Source of the DNA: Chiloscyllium plagiosum
Lineage: Eukaryota
Direction: 5' to 3'
NCBI RefSeq assembly: GCF_004010195.1
Contig: NC_057718.1
Coordinates: 96,053,609-96,094,641 of the forward strand
Length of the DNA stretch: 41,033 nt
The notes below the pieces were generated by a model that was not told where the DNA came from, made no database searches, and saw only the letters and a list, made by a program, of their open reading frames with translations. The position numbers and the translations under genes are program-made. Of this stretch, positions 22,636 through 34,806 are shown one piece after another (position 1 is the first letter of the stretch; each line of letters begins with the position of its first letter).

Positions 22636-23039
22636 GTTCCCAATGATTTGGTGTGTTTATTTGACCACTGCCGGTACAAAATAAACTGAGGTCCATTCCT
22701 GAGCTCACTGTCCATGAACCAGGATTGCAAACTGGTTCTATCAGTTGCTAACTGAGAGAAACTATTTAGTGTGGTGCTCCAATTGCTGTCCTGTCAGAGA
22801 CACACCAGCTCTTCAAAGGCCAGAGACAACTTTTGAGAAACAAAATCAAGGCAATTAAGACTAAGGTATACACAAATGCCCGATCCACTTTCTGACAATG
22901 GCTAACTCTGACCCCTGCACTCTCTCTCTCTATTTTTCCCCATCTTTGTCATCTTGAGCCTGCTACTGTACAGGTTCGAGTTTTATTTTGTAACCGTGCA
23001 AAATTAATTTGTCCTAAATTTGACCTTTGTCGATCTGCT

Positions 23040-23150
23040 GACTCCAAAAGGACTTCAGCAGTTCAAGAAGGCAACTCATCACCTTTCCAAGGGCAGCTAG
23101 GAACAGGGAATAAATGCTGGTCAAATCAATGACAGTCACAATCCCTTACA
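23040..23150 (+). mobile_element. LINE 3' tail fragment
   Basis: ggacttcagcagttcaagaaggcaactcatcacc...aataaatgctgg, also at 37207-37280. Confidence 0.7.
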
Positions 23151-23192
23151 TTAATTTTTTAAAAAAGCATTTGTTTTGTGTTTCATCTAAGC

Positions 23193-23370
23193 TTCAGGTG
23201 CTCCGGTTTCTTCCCACAGTCCAGAGATGGGCAGGCTAGGTGGATTAATGCTTGAGAAATGCAAGGATAGGGTGGTGTGGTGGGGGTAGGTCTGGGTGAG
23301 ATACTCTTTGGCGGGTCAGTGTGAACTCGATGGGCCGAATGGCCTGTTTCTACACTGTGGGGATTCTATA
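23193..23370 (+). mobile_element. HE1-related SINE 3' half
   Basis: ggtgctccggtttcttcccacagtcc...gatgggccgaatggcctgtttctacactgtggggattctata. Confidence 0.82.
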
Positions 23371-23841
23371 GCCAATTTTGCAAACAATCGTTATCTGTAC
23401 AATGGGCCAAAACACTGGGCACATTTTGATTTTCACAAGGTGCCGCCGACATTTTCAAGCAGGGATCCAATTGACAGTGCAATGTGTGACAAGAAGTGGA
23501 CTGGGGGCAACCTGGATAAGATCATATTGTTGTCTAGAACTGCAAGGAAAATGTTGGGTGTATTTGGTCATCAATTAGCATGCAAACCAAGACCAGTCTT
23601 GACCAGCAAGGCCTGTCTTCCATGTGATCACTGACAGTAAATTGGTATTCGAGAGTTGCACTTCACAGCTTGGCCCCGAATCTGTCTCAGCCAAGCCAAT
23701 CAGAATCAGTAATCGCCAAAGTGTGCAACTTCACCATAATTTGCTGCAAAAATAACTTTCTTACAATTAATTTGTATTTTAAAAAAAACTTGCGGTTTCC
23801 CCAAATCATTTTAACTTGGATTGTCAGTGGTCATATGTCAA

Positions 23842-24250
23842 TTGTAGCTCAGTGTACCATGTCTCTGAGTCAGAAGGTTTTGGGGTTTAAGTCCATTGCT
23901 AGAGATTGAGTGTGCAATTCTCAGCTGATCCTTAAATGTCTTACATGGGGAGTATTGTGCTGTTGGAGGTGCTTTGTGTCAAATGAGATGTTAAACTGAG
24001 ACCCTATTTCCCATTCCAAATGGGCATAAAACATTTTGTGGTGTTGTTCTGAAGGTGGAGCTTTCCTTGGTGTCTTGACTAATATTTAGCCCTCAAACAA
24101 CAGATTATCAGGTCGTTGTCACATTGCTGTTTTGCGAGCTTGCTGTATTTCCTAAATTACTGGAGTGATCACACTTTGAAAGTACTTCATTGTCTGTACA
24201 ACCCTTCGGTAGTCATCAAAGGTGCTGTACAAATGCAAGTTTTTCTTTTC
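23842..24250 (+). mobile_element. DeuSINE (SacSINE1/AmnSINE1-like), near full length
   Basis: tRNA-like head, then atgagatgttaaactgag...ggtgtcttgactaatattta...cagattatcaggtc...acattgctgttt...gagcttgctgt (Deu domain) and L2-type tail aagtacttcattg...aaggtgctgtacaaatgcaagt. Confidence 0.75.
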
Positions 24251-24361
24251 ATGATAGCAAACAGAGTTTCATCAGTTTGACTTTGCACAATGCAATAATG
24301 GCTTGCTTGAGGGGTGTTGACAATGAGAATGCCTGTTTTATTTGTAGCGCTTGTGTACTGA

Positions 24362-24585
24362 TCGCAACAAAGTCAGCCAGGTGGACCTCTCACAATCTAG
24401 GATCCCTGATTGGGGCTGTTAACCTGGTGCAACAAGGGAACCCTGGCTGACAGAGATAAACGGAATTGTCAGAGGTTCTGTTCACTCTGAGAGCTGGCTC
24501 TGAGGGAGCCAGACCAGAGTCAAGTGCATGTGTAAATAAAGGATGACTCAGTGACAGGATACTGGCCTCTGTGAAGTTATTTTAG
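24362..24585 (+). mobile_element. Solo LTR-like repeat (~220 bp), empty copy
   Basis: Homologous to 39539-39823 (gtcagccaggtggacctc...gttcactctgagagctggctctgagggagc); CCAAT/ATTGG boxes, TATA-like gataaa, AATAAA at ~24535. Confidence 0.65.
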
Positions 24586-24880
24586 TTTGCTAGCCCCAAT
24601 GATCTGATAATATTTACTGACTGCTCGTGTATATATGTATACCCATGTCTGAATTATGCATTCTGCACAGATACATGCACCTTATAAAAGCCCATTTTTA
24701 GAGATTGCACAGAACAATCTGTGAAATCTGCTTAACCCTTTTTTAACCAATCTATAATTTTATTCAATTCTTTTCACCTTTAGGTTTTTGTTAGCTACTT
24801 ATGACTTTTTTCAAATGTATTTGAGATCTACCACTGCTGGAGCTTATGCTCCTGGATGTCAGCAGATGAAGCCTAATTTT

Positions 24881-25192
24881 GATTAGATTACCAACAGTGT
24901 GGAAACAGGCCCTTCGGCCCAACAAGTCCACACTGACCCTCCAAAGAGCAACCCACCCAGACCCATTTCCCTAACTAACGTACCTAACACTGTGGACAAT
25001 TTAGCTTGGCCAGTTCACCTAACCTGCACAACTATGTGATTGTGGGAGGAAACCAGAGCACCCAGAGAAAACCCACGCAGACACCGGGAGAATGTGCAAA
25101 CTCCACACAGACAGTTGCCCGAGGCTAGAATTGAACCCAGGTCTCTGGCACTGTGAGGCAGCAGTGCTGACCACCGAGCCACTGCGCCACCC
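24881..25192 (-). mobile_element. HE1-type SINE, full length
   Basis: Same head, core and tail as the other HE1 copies. Confidence 0.92.
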
Positions 25193-25209
25193 CATTAATC
25201 ACTTACTGG

Positions 25210-25535
25210 ATAGGATGTGGATATCGTCCCATTTGTTGCCATTCCTACATGCCCTTGAATTGACTAGCTCGGCCATTTCAGAGGGCAGTTATGAGTCAAC
25301 CACACCGCTGTCTGTCTGAAGTCATATGTAGGTCAGACCGAGTTAGAATGGCAGATTTCCCTCCCAAAGGGTGGACCAGTTGGGTTTTTGACAAACAAAA
25401 AAGCCATGGTTACCATAACTCAGACGAGCTTTACAATTCCAAATGTAATTATTTAAATTCACAGTGGGTTTTGAATCTGTTTCATTACAGCATTAGCCTG
25501 GGATTCACATGTCTGGTGTCACTGCCACCACACCA
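25210..25535 (-). mobile_element. tRNA-SINE, same family as 14505-14790
   Basis: ggccatttcagagggcagttatgagtcaaccacac...ggcagatttccctccc. Confidence 0.7.
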
Positions 25536-26340
25536 ATATCTCCCCTATTTGGTTTTATTTGACGACTGGATATCAAAAGCAATTTTAGTTTGTGTTGTTT
25601 TGGAAGTGACTGAACCCGTCCTCTCTAATACATGCTTGCTTGAGTGTGTATGAATGCTTGTATACATCCAGTGAGAAAATAAATCTGAGTTTATGCAATT
25701 GGAGTGGGATCTTTCCAAGGGGTGGAGACTAAAGAGCAGTGAGTCAAATAAAACATATACTAGCTGAGGAATGAGGCAGACAGCAAAATTATACCTCTTA
25801 CTGCACACAAGTGCATTAAGATTGAATTAAACTATATATAACCAAACTCGACACATATTTAGCCACCTTCAAGCATTACTGTAAATAACTGAGCTGGAAA
25901 AAACAGAAAGACAAACCAATATCTTACGTCTAAGTCTTGATGCAACAAGAGGGTCTGTAGTAGATGTTTGACAATGATAAACACAGGAAATGTCAAAATT
26001 GTCATAAATAATTACAAAATTGATGATAGTTACATGTGGTTTGAAAAACCTAAGGAGAAAATTGAACAGAGATATCATATGATAGTATGGTTACTGTTGC
26101 TGATTACTCTGACTGCAGCCAAAGCAAAAATGTAAAAGAGAAAACAAACAGCATAAGCCCCTGCAGACAGCTACGGTATTAAATACCCACAAGTTTTGAA
26201 AAATGAATGTTGATAGGTAAAAGTTGACATTGACTTACTTTGTTTGTTCAGGTATATTGGAGATCTATGATTTTATTTTTGGAAAGAGCATGACGGCTTT
26301 CCTCTCTCCCATTCCAAGGCATCATTCTTCATTGGCGCAT

Positions 26341-27430
26341 AGGGGAGGCAACAGCCTGGTGGTATTTTCACTGAACTTTTCATCCAGAAACCCAGTTATT
26401 GTCTGGGGAACTGGGTTCGAATCCTGCCATGGCAGTTGGTGGAATTGGAATTCAATCAATATCTAAAATTAAGAGTCTCATGATGACTATTGTTGATTGT
26501 TGGGAAATACTCATCTGGATCACTAATGTCTTTCAGAGAAGGAAACTGCCATCTTTACCTGGTCTGGCCTACATGTGACTCCAGACCCACAGCGATGTGG
26601 TTAACTGTGACTAGGAGAAAGTGAGGATTGCAGATGCTGGAGATCAGAGTCCACTCCACCAGATGAAGTGTAAAATATGTGCCCATACCTCCCCCTCACC
26701 TCCATCCAAGGCCCCAAAGGATCCTTCCACATCTGGCAGAGAATTTTTTGCACATCCAAACACCTCATCTACTGTGTAAGTTGCTCTCGATGTGGTTTCC
26801 TCTACATTGGGGAGACTGAACGCACTTGCAGAGCGTTTCAGGGAACATCTCTGGGACACATACACCAAACAACCCCACCCCCCTGGCCAACCACTTCAAC
26901 TCTCCCTCCCACTCCACCAAGGACGTGCAAGTCCTGGGCCCCCTCCTCCGCCAAATCCTAGCCACCTGATGGCTAGAAGAAGAAGACCTCATCTTCCCCC
27001 TTTGGACCCGCCACATGGAATCAACGTCAATTTCAGCAGTTTCCTCATCTCCCCTCCCATCCCCAACCCACCAACTTGGCACTGCCCTCTTGAACTGTCC
27101 TACCTGTCCATCTTCCTTCCCACCTATCCATTCCACCCTCCGCTCCAACCGATCATCATTAACTCCCACCTGCATCCACCTATTGCCTTCCTAGCTACCT
27201 TCCCCCCAGCACTGGCCCTCTCATTTATCTCTCAGCCACCTTCCCCAATACCCACACCACCCCCACATTCCTGATGAAGGGCTTATGGTCAAAACGTTGA
27301 CTCTACTGCTTCTCAAGTACTGCCTGATCTGCTGTGCTTTGCTAGCACCACCCTTTGCAACTTTTAACTGTGGGCAATTAAGGATGGGCAATAGATGCCG
27401 GCCTAGCCAGTGATACCCCCATCCCATGAA
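26341..27430 (+). mobile_element. tRNA-SINE (26341-26610 and 27364-27430) split by a Penelope insertion
   Basis: Head ggaggcaacagcctggtggtatt...gggttcgaatcc (B box); tail gggcaattaaggatgggcaatagatgccggcctagccagtga resumes after the PLE. Confidence 0.78.
26612..27360 (+). mobile_element. 5'-truncated Penelope-like element: GIY-YIG endonuclease remnant, 3' UTR, degenerate hammerhead, inverted terminal piece at 5' end
   Basis: HLIYCVSCSRCGFLYIGET (GIY-YIG) in ORF 26677-26961; ctgatgaagggcttatggtcaaaacgtt at 27271; 26612-26651 is the inverted terminus; ttaactgtg on both sides (26601, 27364). Confidence 0.9.
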
Positions 27431-27554
27431 CAGATTTTTATACCTTACATCTGCTCCACCATCTGTATATCCCTTGATAATTTTCAGATTGATTTCTCTT
27501 GCATCCACAGCTTTGCAATGGAGAGAATCAGAAATATTCACCACTCTTCCAATG

Positions 27555-27890
27555 GCCATAAGATATGGAAGTAGAATTAGCCATTCAATCATGGCTGATA
27601 TGTTTCTCAACCTCATTCTCCAGCCTTCTCCCTGTAATTCTTGATCCCCTTACTAATCAAGAACATATCCATCTCTGTCTCAATGACTTGGCCTCCAGGC
27701 AATGGGTTCTACAAATTGACCACCCTCTGGCTCAAGAAATTCTTCCCCATCTTAGCCCTAAATGGCCCATTTCTTATCTTGAGACTGTGTTCTGTGTGCC
27801 TCAGCCAAGAGAAACAACATTTCTGCACTCACCTTGTCATGCTCTTTAAGTTTTACATGATCAATGGAACATCTTTCATTCTTCTAATCT
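27555..27890 (-). mobile_element. CR1 3' fragment
   Basis: ccataagatatggaagtagaattagccattcaatcatggctgat...caccctctggctcaagaaattctt. Confidence 0.78.
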
Positions 27891-27924
27891 GTACACAGGT
27901 AAAACTGTCATCGCACCAAAGGAT

Positions 27925-28112
27925 TGTTCTCTACTTAGAAAGCAGTGACTGGTGGTGTTTTAATGTAAGGATCACAACACCTTAAGAAAGGGGCAAGGTT
28001 GGGAAGGCAAGACCATTGTGGTAACCTCAGCTGCTACAGGAATTGAACCCATGTTATTGGCATAATTCTGCATTTCACACCAGATGTCCAGGAAACTGAG
28101 CTAATCAACCCC
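27925..28112 (-). mobile_element. tRNA-derived SINE with MER131/MetaSINE-like core
   Basis: Minus strand: gattagctcagttt (A box)...gggttcaattcc (B box)...caaccttgcccctttcttaaggtgttgtgatccttacattaaaacaccaccag. Confidence 0.5.
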
Positions 28113-29477
28113 TTTATATACAGCAGTCTAGGTGCGGCATCCTTGTAGTTGTGTACAATTGAAGCAAGCCTTCACTCCTGTACTTAAAATCTTTTGTGGT
28201 TAAGGTCAACATATCACTTACCTTCCTAACTGCTTGCTGCACCTACCTGTTAGATTGCAATTGTTAATGTACGAGATCACACAGGTCTCTTTGATGTCAA
28301 CTCTTTCCAATCACTTACCATTTAAGAAATGTTTTGTGCATTTCTGTTTCTCAACAAAAGACAGATAACTTCAGATTTTTCATACTGTATTCCATCTGAT
28401 ATGTAGCTGCCAATTCACTTAATTCCATTGAAACCTTTTAGCATCCTCCTCACAACTCACATTCTCACTTAGTTTTGCATCATTGGCAAGCTTGGAAAGA
28501 TTACATTTCATCTTTAAATCCAAGTCATTGATAGAGCTTGTAAGAGATTGGTGTGGTAATCCTTGCAGCACCCCACTATCCACAGTTTACCAACCTGACA
28601 ATAATGCGTTTATTCTGTTTATTTAACGTCATTTAACTGATTTTTCAATCAGTAAATTACTCCTAAATGCTGTGTGCTCAAGTATGGTTCATTGACGTCT
28701 TGCATGGGACTTTATCAAAAGCCTTCTGAAAGTGCCAATACACCATATCCACTCATTCCCCCTTATAGAGTAATGGTCAGACAACTTATCTCACTATTTT
28801 CTAGCTAAACACTCAAGAAAATTCTTTCAGGTTTATCAAACATTATTTTTTTCACAAGTTCACATTGATGCTGTCCAATCATACTATTATTTCCTTAGTA
28901 TACAGTTATCATATCGAATCTAACATTTTCTGAACTACTGATGTCAGGCTAACTGGTTTCGAGTTCCTACAGCTTTCTGACTTTCTTTCTGAAGTAGTAA
29001 GTTTACATTCACCACCTTCCAATCTGCAGGAACCATTCTAGAATCCAAAACGTTTGGAAGATGACCGCCAATGCATCCATTATTTTTAGGTCACCTTTAT
29101 CAACATTCTGAGATATAAATTACCAGGTACATGGAATTACCTGACCTTCAGACCAATTAAGTTCTCTATTACTACTTTTTTTGCCAATGCTATTTTATGT
29201 CACACCTCATTCTCTTTAGTCCCTTAGTTTCCTAATAGTTCTGGGAATTTTTGTTTGTACTGTCTTCCATGAAGTGAAACATAGCCTTTTGTTTAATTTC
29301 TATGTCATTTTCTTAAAATTTCCTATCCCTGCCCGTAAAGGATTCATATTTAACTTTGATATTTTTGTTTCCTTATTGCATATCTACAAGATAACATAAC
29401 TGTTCAATGTTTCTTTATAGCTGAAAATGTGTTGCTGGAAAAGCGCAGCAGGTCAGGCAGCATCCAAGGAGCAGGAG

Positions 29478-29692
29478 AAACGACGTTTCAGGCATGAGCC
29501 CTTCTTCAGGAATGAGGAGAGTGTGCCAAGCAGGCTAAGATAAAAGGTAGAGCTGAAAATGTGTTGCTGGAAAAGCGCAGCAGATCAGGCAACATCCAGG
29601 GAACAGGAGAATCGACGTTTCGGGCATAAGCCTTCTTCAGGAATCCAGGGAGGAGAATCGACGTTTTGGGCATAAGCCCTTCTTCAGGAATC
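29478..29692 (-). ncRNA. Cluster of three minimal hammerhead motifs (cores 29482-29509, 29614-29640, 29660-29687)
   Basis: Minus strand CTGAAGA-a(g)ggct(c/t)atgcc(c/t)-GAAA-c-GTC; the copy at 29660-29687 has GAAA changed to AAAA. Confidence 0.7.
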
Positions 29693-29824
29693 CAGGGAGG
29701 AGGGACTTGGGGGAGGGGTGTTGGAAATGCGATAGGTGGAAGGAGGTTAAGGTGAGGGTGATAGGCTGGAGTGGGGGTGGGGGCGGAGAGGTCAGGAAGA
29801 AGATTGCAGGTTAGGAAGGCGGTG

Positions 29825-29986
29825 NNNNNNNNNNNNNNNNNNNNNNNNNNNNNNNNNNNNNNNNNNNNNNNNNNNNNNNNNNNNNNNNNNNNNNNNNNNN
29901 NNNNNNNNNNNNNNNNNNNNNNNNNNNNNNNNNNNNNNNNNNNNNNNNNNNNNNNNNNNNNNNNNNNNNNNNNNNNNNNNNNNNNN
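29825..29986. other. Assembly gap (162 N) inside the Penelope element
   Basis: Run of N. Confidence 1.
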
Positions 29987-29989
29987 ATT

Positions 29990-30958
29990 TCTTGTGGTTG
30001 CAGGGGAAGGTGCCGGGAGTGGAGGTTGGGTTGGTGGGGGGTGTGGACCTGACAAGGGAATCATGGAGGGAGTGGTCTTATCAGAGCACTGATAGGGGAG
30101 GGGAGGGAAATATATCCCTGGTGGTGGGGTCCGTTTGGAGGTGGCGGAAATGACGACGGATAACATGATGTATATAGAGGTTGGTGAGGTGGTAGGTGAG
30201 GACCAGTGGGGTTCTGTCCTGGTTGTGATTGGAGGGGCAGGGCTCAAGGGTGGAGGAGCGGGAAGTGGAGGAGATGCGGTGGAGAGCATCGTCGATCACG
30301 TCTGAGGGGAAATTGCGGTCTTTGAAGAAGGAGGCCATCTGGATTGTTCGGTATTAGAACTGGTCCTCTTGGGAGCAGATGCGGCGGAGACGAAGGAATT
30401 CGGAATATGGGATGGCGTTTTTACAGGGGGCAGGGTGGGAGGAGGTGTAGTCTAGGTAGCTGTGGGAGTCGGTCGGTTTATAGTAAGTGTCCGTGTTGAT
30501 TCAGTCATCTGAGATAGAAATGGAGAGGTCTAGGAAGGGGAGGGAGGAGTCTGAGACGGTCCAGGTAAATTTGAGGTTGGGGTGGAAGGTGTTGGTAAAG
30601 TGGATGAACTGTTCAACTTCCTCATGGGAGCGCGAGGTAGCGCCGATACAGTCATCGATGTAGCTGAGGAAAAGGTTGGGGCGTGGTGCCAGTGTAGCTG
30701 CGGAAGATGGACTGTTCCACATATCCTACGAAGAGGCAGGCATAGCTGGGGCCCATGCGGGTGCCCATGGCTACTCCTTTAGTTTGGAGGAAGCGAGAGG
30801 ATTGGAAAGAGAAGTTGTTCAGAGTGAGGACCAGTTCAGTCAGTCGAAGGAGGGTGTCAGTGGAAGGGTACTATTGGTACGGCGGGAAAGGAAGAAGCGG
30901 AGGGCTTTGAGTCCTTCGTGATGGGGGATGGAGTTGTACAGGGACTGGATGTCCATGG
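29990..30958 (-). pseudogene. Penelope-type reverse transcriptase and linker remnant
   Basis: YIDD at 30651-30662; in-frame stop at 30501-30503 and several frameshifts split it into ORFs 30840-31037, 30501-30722 and 30081-30338. Confidence 0.9.
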
Positions 30959-32942
30959 TGAAGGGCTCATGCCCGAAACGTCGATTCTCCTGCTCCTTGG
31001 ATGCTGCCTGACCTGCTGCGCTTTTCCAGCAACACATTTTCAGCTCTGATCTCCAGCATCTGCAGTCCTCACTTTCTCCTAGAATGTTTCTTTATAGTTT
31101 ACTTTCATTTTCTACTTTCCTTTGTTTATATCAGTTTCTTGGTCCTCCTTTGCTGAATTCTAAAATGCTTCCAGTCCTCAGGGTAGTTACTATTTTGGCA
31201 ACTTTATAAGGCTCTTCCTTTGACCAATGGAATCTTTAACTCCCCAGTGGTTAACCACAGCTGGATCACTTTTCTGGCTGAGCTTTTGTTCATGCAAACC
31301 TTGAAAGTTACACAGTTAAGTCTAGAGGTATTCAACAAGTCTCCACAGATAATGATCAGTTATGGTATTCAACTAACCTTTGTCAGCCTCCCTCTGACCT
31401 CTTTAGTGGGATGCCAATTATAGCGTCAATACTGACACTATTGACGATCAACTCAGTTCAAGCCAATGGCAAAACATAGAACCTTCATTCCTCACATTGC
31501 TCAACTCCATAATGAGTGGCACATCAGTGACTGAGACAGCAGATTGCATTTTTCAGTGCTTACTTCCACTCCTGCAACTTTACTGGCACAGAATGCAATG
31601 GGTACTGTTCATTTCCAAGAAGCAGAAATTGCAACAAACACTGGGACACTACAGCAGAACCAGTTCCTGTTCTCACTTGGTAAGGAGAGGCTCACTGGAT
31701 ACCACTTGGATGTGGGACTTCTGATGTTATCCTTTCTCGGGTAAAGCCAACAATAACACTCCTACCACTATCCATATTGTGGCGAATTAAATCACCAAGG
31801 ACTGCCTCATTATAACATGATTCATGTAAAATGCTGACTGGGGGAGAGATGAGGAATCGAGTCTCTTTACCCTAACAAAGGACGGTTTAGCTTCAGCTGG
31901 AGTTAAAGAAAAAGGCCAGGAAAACATTTCTCAAAGCATTTGGCTGGCCTGTATTTTTTTTTACATTGAGCATGCATTTTATAACAGCTGCCTTGTATTG
32001 GTCCTGCGCATTGAATTTGCAACATGCGTGTACACAGCAAGAAAGTCAACGGTTTTTTTGTCTGCCTTGACACTTCTTACAAACATCAGGATTGATGGCT
32101 GCCCTTAGCTGACGGAAGCTGACAGAAAAATGCACAGTGTAGAGAGTTTTTGTTCATTTGTATACTTAAGCATGTTTAAATTTCGAGCTTTGAGGTCACC
32201 AACTTTTCTCATGCAATTTCTCCACGATGTCTCTCCTTCAACAAACAAACAAATCTGAACCAAAGCAAATCCCCAAAGTTTAAAGAGATGTCCACAATCT
32301 TTCGGGTGACTTGTATACTATGTTATCTCTCCAATACACTTAGGCCACTGCGTTTCCTTCCTGTTAGCAGGAGGATGCTGTTTTCTTTTCGTAGGCCATT
32401 TTTATTAATGGAGCAGTGTCCAAAACAGAACCAGACAGCTCAATAAATCCATCGTGGAGATCCTGTATCCACCCAGACCACAGAACCAATTCAAATCCAT
32501 GCATCCTAAGCAGTTTGAATATGTGGTGGCCAGCTGTTGTTTGTTTTTCCAACGGCTACTGTAAATCATATCCATTTTTGTTGGCTTTAGCTGAATAATC
32601 AAAAGGCACTCCTCTTAATATATTGCAGCCACCTTATTGGGCAATATTTGTCTTCTATCTGAGAGGTTCCCTTCCTTTGTGTTATTCTTCCATTTCCTGT
32701 CCAACTGTTTCTCCCAAATTGTTCCCCCTGATTTGTACCATCTCTGCAGTAGAGTAGAGGAGATTGTGTAACAGTACCACCCTTTGGTTCTCCATTCAGA
32801 CTTGTATGTGGCAATGTGGCATTGTAACTAGCCTTTCTCAGTCTCTCTCAAGGTAACTATATGTCATGTTGTGTTAAAAGAGAAAATACTGCAACATAAT
32901 TAAGCTTTGTAGACCAAATTTGGTCTAAATCAGTCCTAGTTA

Positions 32943-33550
32943 TTATGGATCAGACCAGACCCCCTCAAAACATTTTAAGGAGACATCCTAGACCCTGACT
33001 TTTTCTCATTTTTGAAGGTAGATGTGAAGTATCTGTTTCAGATGCAATGTGAGTGATCAAATTACTTGACGTTAAACAAAATACAGTTTTTTTTAACACA
33101 GTAGTTAAAAATACAACTAAAGAAAGAGGAATTTAGAATAACGTAACTCTATTGGAAAACTTAACAAAATAATAGATTCAGTACCTAGTATGAATTAACT
33201 GTTCCAATAGAATAACATCCCTTACACACACACCTTGGCAAAAAGATAAATTCAAACTCAGATTCTCAAAATGCAGTTCTCCAAACCAGGAGGAAAAAAA
33301 GAATCAAGGGAAAATTCAGAGAAAGTACCAGCCAGATGACATTCACCAAAGTTTCTAACTCTGTTAAGACCCCAATTGCTTCTGGTGCTATTGAAGAAAC
33401 CAAAACCCAGAAATCTGGAACTTTAAGAGCTGGCCGATAAAAAGAACTGCAAGACATCCCAAGCTGTTTATATTAACCCAGACTGCTCGACACCTCTGCT
33501 TTCCAGCCTCTCTCCAAAACAAAAGGACAAAATTGCCTTTATAAGCACAT
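32943..33550. mobile_element. Probable solo LTR or interspersed repeat
   Basis: Sharp start ttatggatcagaccagacccc and A-rich body resemble a shark LTR recalled from memory; no second copy here to confirm. Confidence 0.4.
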
Positions 33551-34404
33551 GGTGCATGGCAGACCACCTGCCGGAGTACCTGAGGATAATATAGTTCCAG
33601 ACAGGTGGAATGCTTATAAACATTCTAGAAGTTGCCTTTAATGACTTACTGGATAGTGTTGCATGATGAATGGCTCAGAACTATGCAGTGATAACACCAG
33701 TTTTTGTACATGTTTGACCTTCATTTACAGTACTTCATACAATGTTTTAATATATCTAATCCATGCTTTACCTCTGGTTTCCAGTTCTTTTGACAACTTT
33801 GGTTACTTTTCTGCATCAACATTCAGGCTTAACCAATCAAGCATGGTGAGCATCAATAATAAATGGACTTACATAATCAGAAACAGAACAATTGAACAGT
33901 TGAATACTGCGTGCGTCACTCCCCTTCCTAAAGGTAACCAGAGGAAGGCTAGTCAGAAACATTTTGTTTGCTAAGGTATGAAGACTGCAGCTATTACACC
34001 TTTCGGCTTGGAATTTCAGCTTTGAGAAATAGCCAAGGGTTAGGAGTGGTGTCAAAATGGGGAACAAATGCCACTTTCCCAGCAATGTCTATATCCCACA
34101 AGAGAATTAAGATTTAAAAATTGCTGTTGAATGTCTGTTCTGGGGATTGGCAAGCACAGTGAGATTGCAACTCTGCTCCTATATTTTTGTATTAGTTCTC
34201 AGCTCTGCATTTCTGGCCAACAGTTTCGAACCGAGCGTGTTCAGTGATGAAAGGTACCTGAAATCTAACAGTTCTCTCATGATGCAGGATAATCAGGGAA
34301 AGTCAAAGCATGCTATCTTTGCCAGAGCTGTACAGTTGCTTCTTTACACATCCAGCTGCACAGCCATCGCCTGCACAAGAGTCAGCACGTAAGGTAAATG
34401 TGGG

Positions 34405-34806
34405 ACGATGGTTGTGGTTGGTTAAGGGGCTAGGTTGCCTGGTGGGTAGGATGCCAGGCTGGTAGGTAAGGTGTCAGGGTACCAGGTGAAGGAAGGGATG
34501 GTATGCAGAGTGCCAGGCTATCAGGTGAGTTGGGGCCAGATGGGCAGAGTGCAAGGTGCATTGGGTGACATCATGCCAAGCACATAGGATGTTGGGGTAT
34601 CAGGTGAGTTGGGTGTCAGGTGGTTAGGGTGGCAGGGTGCCAAGTAAATGGGGTGCCAGGTGAGTTGGCTGGGTGAGTTGGGTGGTAGGGTTTCAGATAC
34701 TGATGGGATGCTTAGACGAAGTCAGGGTTGTGGCCTAGCCTGGCGAAGGGTGTGTCAGGTCAAGAGGGCAGTGGGGGTTGTTAGGTCAAGATGTTTAGGA
34801 GGCATG
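34405..34806. repeat. G-rich degenerate minisatellite-like tract (gggtgccaggtgagttgg-like units) abutting a gap
   Basis: Recurrent caggtgagttgg and gtgccagg motifs with strong G skew. Confidence 0.7.

Larger units (their letters stand above)
29419..31082 (-). mobile_element. Penelope-like element: 5'-truncated RT region, tandem 3' pseudo-LTR pieces, inverted terminus, 15-bp TSD
   Basis: TSD aatgtttctttatag at 29406-29420 and 31083-31097; MDIQSLYNSIPH, FLSYIDDCIG and LPFLDLSI RT motifs; 30959-31082 is an inverted copy of the terminus. Confidence 0.95.
28125..31310 (-). mobile_element. Long, old CR1 ORF2 remnant (28125-29405 and 31083-31310) hosting the Penelope insertion
   Basis: Reverse-complemented remnants: ttttgcatcattggcaagctt (KFADD-like), tttatcaaaagccttctgaaa (FQKAFDK-like), actgatgtcaggctaactggt (PVSLTS). 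Confidence 0.72.

Noticed and set aside
29419..29700. Short direct repeats with spacers resembling a CRISPR array
   Set aside because: Vertebrate context, no cas genes, and the units are duplicated Penelope termini.
34147..34392. 81-aa ORF with a signal-peptide-like N-terminus (possible secreted peptide precursor)
   Set aside because: Starts at TTG rather than ATG, has no dibasic cleavage or amidation pattern, matches no family I recognise, and has no partner exons.
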